DNA from: Bacteroidota bacterium
GTDB taxonomy: Bacteria; Bacteroidota; Ignavibacteria; UBA10030; BY39
DNA: 64,000 bases
Assembly: GCA_030682385.1 (NCBI GenBank)
Contig: JAUXOG010000067.1
Coordinates: 8,790-72,789, forward strand
Direction of reading: 5' to 3'
Positions 60,958 to 64,000 of this stretch are shown here, piece by piece; the first letter of the stretch is position 1, and every line of letters starts with the position of its first letter. The notes under the pieces are model-generated. The model worked only from the letters and a program-made list of their open reading frames with translations, made no database searches and had not been told where the DNA came from. A program made the translations under genes and the position numbers.

Positions 60958-61338
60958 TTATTGGAAATCACCGTTGAACGTATAAGGTCCAAATTTACCA
61001 TCGGCATCCAATTCAACCACGATTGTCCCATATCCAAATTTTGAAGTCGCTGTAAATTCTACAGAATTAGGAGATTCCAGATAAGTATATGTTGCATTCT
61101 CGTTATCTGCAAGATTAGCTGGTATATTTAAATTAAGATACGACCTGCTGCCGCCGCCTAAAGGTTCGGGTTTTAAACGATATCTATACGCATACTGCCC
61201 AAGATTCATCATATCGTTTATGATTGCATCCTTATTTGAGCTAACAGAGGTAGCCGTAAACAAATAAATTCCCACTACAATTGCGATTCCGACAATGATC
61301 ACACCAAGTATGAGCAGCATTAGTTGTTGTTGACCCAT
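60958..61338 (-). CDS. Atypical pilin-like protein (paralogue 1)
   Basis: 126 aa. MGQQQLMLLILGVIIVGIAIVVGI N-terminal helix with no canonical GFTLIE. Paralogous to 61454-61834. Lies directly upstream of pilC-pilB. Confidence 0.5.
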   Translation of the reverse strand: MGQQQLMLLILGVIIVGIAIVVGIYLFTATSVSSNKDAIINDMMNLGQYAYRYRLKPEPLGGGSRSYLNLNIPANLADNENATYTYLESPNSVEFTATSKFGYGTIVVELDADGKFGPYTFNGDFQ

Positions 61339-61357
61339 ATAGCGACCTTTCTGTTAT

Positions 61358-61420
61358 TCGCGTCATAAAATAAAACGCTGCCAAATATAAGAATTGTTAG
61401 TAAAAATTTCATTTGGCAGC
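61358..61420 (-). terminator. Intrinsic terminator between the two pilin paralogues (minus strand)
   Basis: GCTGCCAAAT ... ATTTGGCAGC 10-bp stem. On the minus strand it is followed by gttttattttatg. Confidence 0.65.
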
Positions 61421-61453
61421 GCATTGAACTTAAAAGTTTCCGTTGATACAAAA

Positions 61454-61834
61454 TTATTTGAATTGACCCTCGTATGCCCAATCAGTTAATTTACCTTCTG
61501 GGCCGAGTATGGCTACTACTGTTCCATAATCTAAGTGTGTTGCTGTAATTGTAACTTCATCTGCTTCGCCCACGACAGCTACATATGTAGCATTTTCGGT
61601 AGTTACTAATTTTGTTGGAATGGTATAACCGGTATAGGCACCAGCGCCACCGCCCATCGAGGCAGGACGGATACGATATTGATATGCATTTGCAGCAAGG
61701 TTGTTCATGTCGTTAATAATAGCATCTTTGGCGGATTGAACACTGCCCGCTGAAAACATTGTTATACCGACAGCGATAGCGATACCAACTATGATAACGC
61801 CCAAAATGATTAATAAAAGTTGTTGTTGACCCAT
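61454..61834 (-). CDS. Atypical pilin-like protein (paralogue 2, probably the major subunit)
   Basis: 126 aa. MGQQQLLLIILGVIIVGIAIAVGI. Own promoter candidate upstream and a terminator downstream. Confidence 0.5.
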   Translation of the reverse strand: MGQQQLLLIILGVIIVGIAIAVGITMFSAGSVQSAKDAIINDMNNLAANAYQYRIRPASMGGGAGAYTGYTIPTKLVTTENATYVAVVGEADEVTITATHLDYGTVVAILGPEGKLTDWAYEGQFK

Positions 61835-61929
61835 TGTGAAATCTCCTTATGTTGTTTGTTGTTGTTAGTTAGTTGTTAAAAAAAAAATTCTACTTACTGA
61901 AACTAATTATTATCTGATAATCCTAGTTT

Positions 61930-61945
61930 TACAACCCACGTGCCA
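61930..61945 (-). promoter_or_regulatory. Sigma-54-type promoter candidate upstream of the pilin gene
   Basis: The minus strand reads TGGCAC-GTGGG-TTGTA (consensus TGGCAC-N5-TTGCW). It lies about 85 nt upstream of the 61834 ATG. An NtrC-type activator is encoded at 4850-6217. Confidence 0.35.
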
Positions 61946-62126
61946 CCGGATAAAAATGTTAGAAATGGGATAAAACAAAGGATATAAGGATATACTTCAG
62001 CCAACTTATTAAAGGGGTAGGTAATAATTACCGAAATGGGTTGCATTTGTTACAAAGTCGGTAAAAATGCCTGAATATCGCTCTCCACTTCCTGTTTTTT
62101 CACTTTGTAATTCTTTATATCCTTCG

Positions 62127-62591
62127 CTCTGCTGGTTGCTGAGCTGTTAAACTGAGCTTGTCGAAGTTTTATCGAAGCTGGTTGCTCCCGTCTTACACAT
62201 AGGGCACCCAAAACCAAGAATTGGAGTTTTATAAGATTAAAAATTAACATTAGTTACAGACATACGAGTCGCCTTTGGCGACCTACGGACTCGATAAATG
62301 GTAGTTATGAAACGACTCCAAAGGAGTCGAATGTCTGTAGTACTTGAAATATAAAATAATACCGACCCCAGCGGCCTGCCCGCCGTCCCTCTTTTCGGGA
62401 CTTTGGTAGGCGGGGGGGCGAATGTTTGTATGTATTTTCCGTCTTACGCACTGGAACACCCGTATCCAAAAATAAAATGCGGTTTTTTGTAATATTTCTA
62501 AAGAATTTTCGTTTTTGTTAAAATTGTGCGGAAATCAGGTCTTTATTCTTATCTCTGCTGGTTGCTGAGCTGTAAACTGAGCTTGTCGAAG
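62127..62591. repeat. Copy 2 of the ~340-bp multi-hairpin element, bounded by 39-40-bp direct repeats (CTCTGCTGGTTGCTGAGCTGT(T)AAACTGAGCTTGTCGAAG)
   Basis: The core 62190-62540 aligns to 47824-48160 with two module swaps. One hairpin module is replaced by attagtta. The cgaccccagcggggtcg hairpin is expanded to a GC-rich hairpin containing GCCTGCCCGCC...GGTAGGCGGGGGGG. Confidence 0.8.
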
Positions 62592-62637
62592 CAACCATTT
62601 TCTAAAATCTTGTTTTCTCTCATGCAGCACCCAATAA

Positions 62638-64000
62638 TTAGTCAGCCCCATTTTCTACATAAAAAATTTTTATGGTATTCAATAAATGTTGTTCAAACAA
62701 CGGAAGCCCTGCAAGCATTACAACAATATTTCCCTTTTCAATCAATCCCTCATCTAAAAGTTTTTTCTGGATTTTCTCAAAGGCAAGGGCGGTGTTGTTT
62801 TTGAGATTTCTTAACACAATGCTCTGAACGCCCCACACCAAATTTAATTTACGGCTAACTGATTCATTCTCAGTTACCGCAATTATTGGTGCAGCCGGTC
62901 GGAAGTTTGCAACACGAATTGCAGCTTCGCCCGAAAAAGTTATAACTATTATCGCCGAAGCTTCTAACTGATCGGAAAGCCCAACAGCCGACCTTGCTAA
63001 CGAGTTATACAAATTGCCGCTAGAAAAATTGTGCACATGTTTTTTCTCAACTGATTTTGCAATTTTATCCATAATTTTTACAGCATCTATTGGATATTTG
63101 CCAACCGAGGTTTCGCCGCTCAACATAACCGCATCGGCGCCATCAAGAACGGCATTAGCTACATCGCTTACTTCGGCACGTGTAGGTCGTGGATTGTTGA
63201 TCATAGATTCTAACATCTGCGTTGCCACGATTACCGGCTTACCTAACTCGTTGCATTTTCGAATTATTTCTTTTTGAATTAAAGGTACTTCTTCGAGCGA
63301 AATTTCAACACCCAAATCTCCACGAGCTACAATTACACAATCGGCAATTTTTATAATATCGTCAAGCCGGTTTAAAGCTTCCGGTTTTTCAATTTTTGCA
63401 ATCACGGGAATATGCTGCTTTGAGTTTTGCGTAATATATTTTTTTATCTCTTCAATATCACTTGTCGAGCGGACAAAAGATAAAGCACAATAATCGATGC
63501 CATGCTTGATTCCGAAATCCAGATCGTTTTTGTCTTTCTCTGTAAGTGCGGGCGAACTGACTGCCACGCCGGGCAAGTTTATTCCTTTATTCGAGTATAA
63601 CTCGCCACCGTCGATGACTTTGCAAGTAATATTACTCCCCTTTACATTTATTACCGTCAGTTCTATTTTACCATCATCTATTAAAATTTTATCCCCTTTT
63701 TTTACATCTTGCGGCAGGTTCATATAAGTTGTGGGGATTTTTAACTCCGAACTTTTATGTGAATAGAAATCTGAATCGGTTGTGATAATAATTTTATCGT
63801 TTTTTTTAACCACAATAGGTTCGGTGTGTAGTTTTCCGATTCTGATTTTCGGTCCTTGCAAATCCTGAATAATCGCAATATTCTTGCCAGTAATTTTCGT
63901 GGCTTTTCTGATGTTTTGGATGTAATTGAGATGCTCGTTTTGCGTACCGTGCGAAAAATTCAAACGTGCTGCATCCATCCCCGCATCAATCAATTGCACG
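62638..64000 (-). CDS. pyk: Pyruvate kinase (5' end beyond the window)
   Basis: MDAARLNFSHG, K+ binding region and conserved C-terminal domain. The ORF runs off the window edge, so it is partial. Confidence 0.85.
   Translation of the reverse strand, partial: VQLIDAGMDAARLNFSHGTQNEHLNYIQNIRKATKITGKNIAIIQDLQGPKIRIGKLHTEPIVVKKNDKIIITTDSDFYSHKSSELKIPTTYMNLPQDVKKGDKILIDDGKIELTVINVKGSNITCKVIDGGELYSNKGINLPGVAVSSPALTEKDKNDLDFGIKHGIDYCALSFVRSTSDIEEIKKYITQNSKQHIPVIAKIEKPEALNRLDDIIKIADCVIVARGDLGVEISLEEVPLIQKEIIRKCNELGKPVIVATQMLESMINNPRPTRAEVSDVANAVLDGADAVMLSGETSVGKYPIDAVKIMDKIAKSVEKKHVHNFSSGNLYNSLARSAVGLSDQLEASAIIVITFSGEAAIRVANFRPAAPIIAVTENESVSRKLNLVWGVQSIVLRNLKNNTALAFEKIQKKLLDEGLIEKGNIVVMLAGLPLFEQHLLNTIKIFYVENGAD

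Noticed and set aside
1-64000. Searched for tRNA, rRNA and tmRNA genes
   Set aside because: No GGTTCGAATCC/TTCGA T-arm-like motifs with an acceptor stem context, and no rRNA-like conserved blocks, were seen. None is called.

Overview
AT-rich bacterial chromosomal segment that mixes core metabolism with several accessory loci. Gene content points to an FCB-group organism, Ignavibacteria- or Bacteroidota-like: three large secreted proteins end in a Por/T9SS C-terminal sorting domain, and ribosome-binding sites are weak. Recognisable content, left to right: (1) a histidine-utilisation set of glutamate formimidoyltransferase, formimidoyl-THF cyclodeaminase, hutI and hutH, with bacterioferritin and a two-component pair (receiver-histidine-kinase hybrid plus an NtrC-type sigma-54 activator) lying between hutI and hutH. 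(2) Adenosine deaminase and a TolB-like beta-propeller protein. (3) A zinc metalloprotease carrying a T9SS sorting domain. (4) sdhCDAB. (5) Two more T9SS cargo proteins (BNR repeats, beta-helix). (6) A hemE-hemH-hemY cluster, with hemB and hemL elsewhere. (7) An accessory stretch at 28.4-36 kb holding LPP20-like lipoproteins and a three-gene operon encoding a zinc-ribbon protein with an R-x4-H motif. The same stretch has an IS4/IS1380-family insertion that splits a BACON-FN3-LamG surface-protein gene, and a DinD/Bro-N-like protein. (8) Class I fumarate hydratase, citrate synthase, two alpha/beta hydrolases, a small membrane protein with a short ABC ATPase, glyoxalase, an SDR epimerase, and a RelE/ParE toxin with a small overlapping antitoxin. 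(9) A complete minus-strand type IV pilus cluster. It reads two tandem atypical pilins, pilC, pilB, two minor-pilin-like genes, pilT, a pilM-pilN fusion, a pilO-pilP fusion, a secretin and a lipoprotein, with a sigma-54-like promoter candidate upstream of the first pilin. (10) The 3' part of pyruvate kinase. No tRNA, rRNA or CRISPR array was recognised. The most unusual feature is a ~340-bp intergenic element built of several hairpins and present twice (47.8 kb and 62.2 kb), each copy bounded by its own direct repeats. Two smaller families of repeats accompany it: GC-rich hairpins, and palindromes of the forms TCCGTTA-GC-TAACGGA and GAACGT-N3-ACGTTC. The ORF track evidently accepts TTG/GTG starts, so several N-termini are uncertain.
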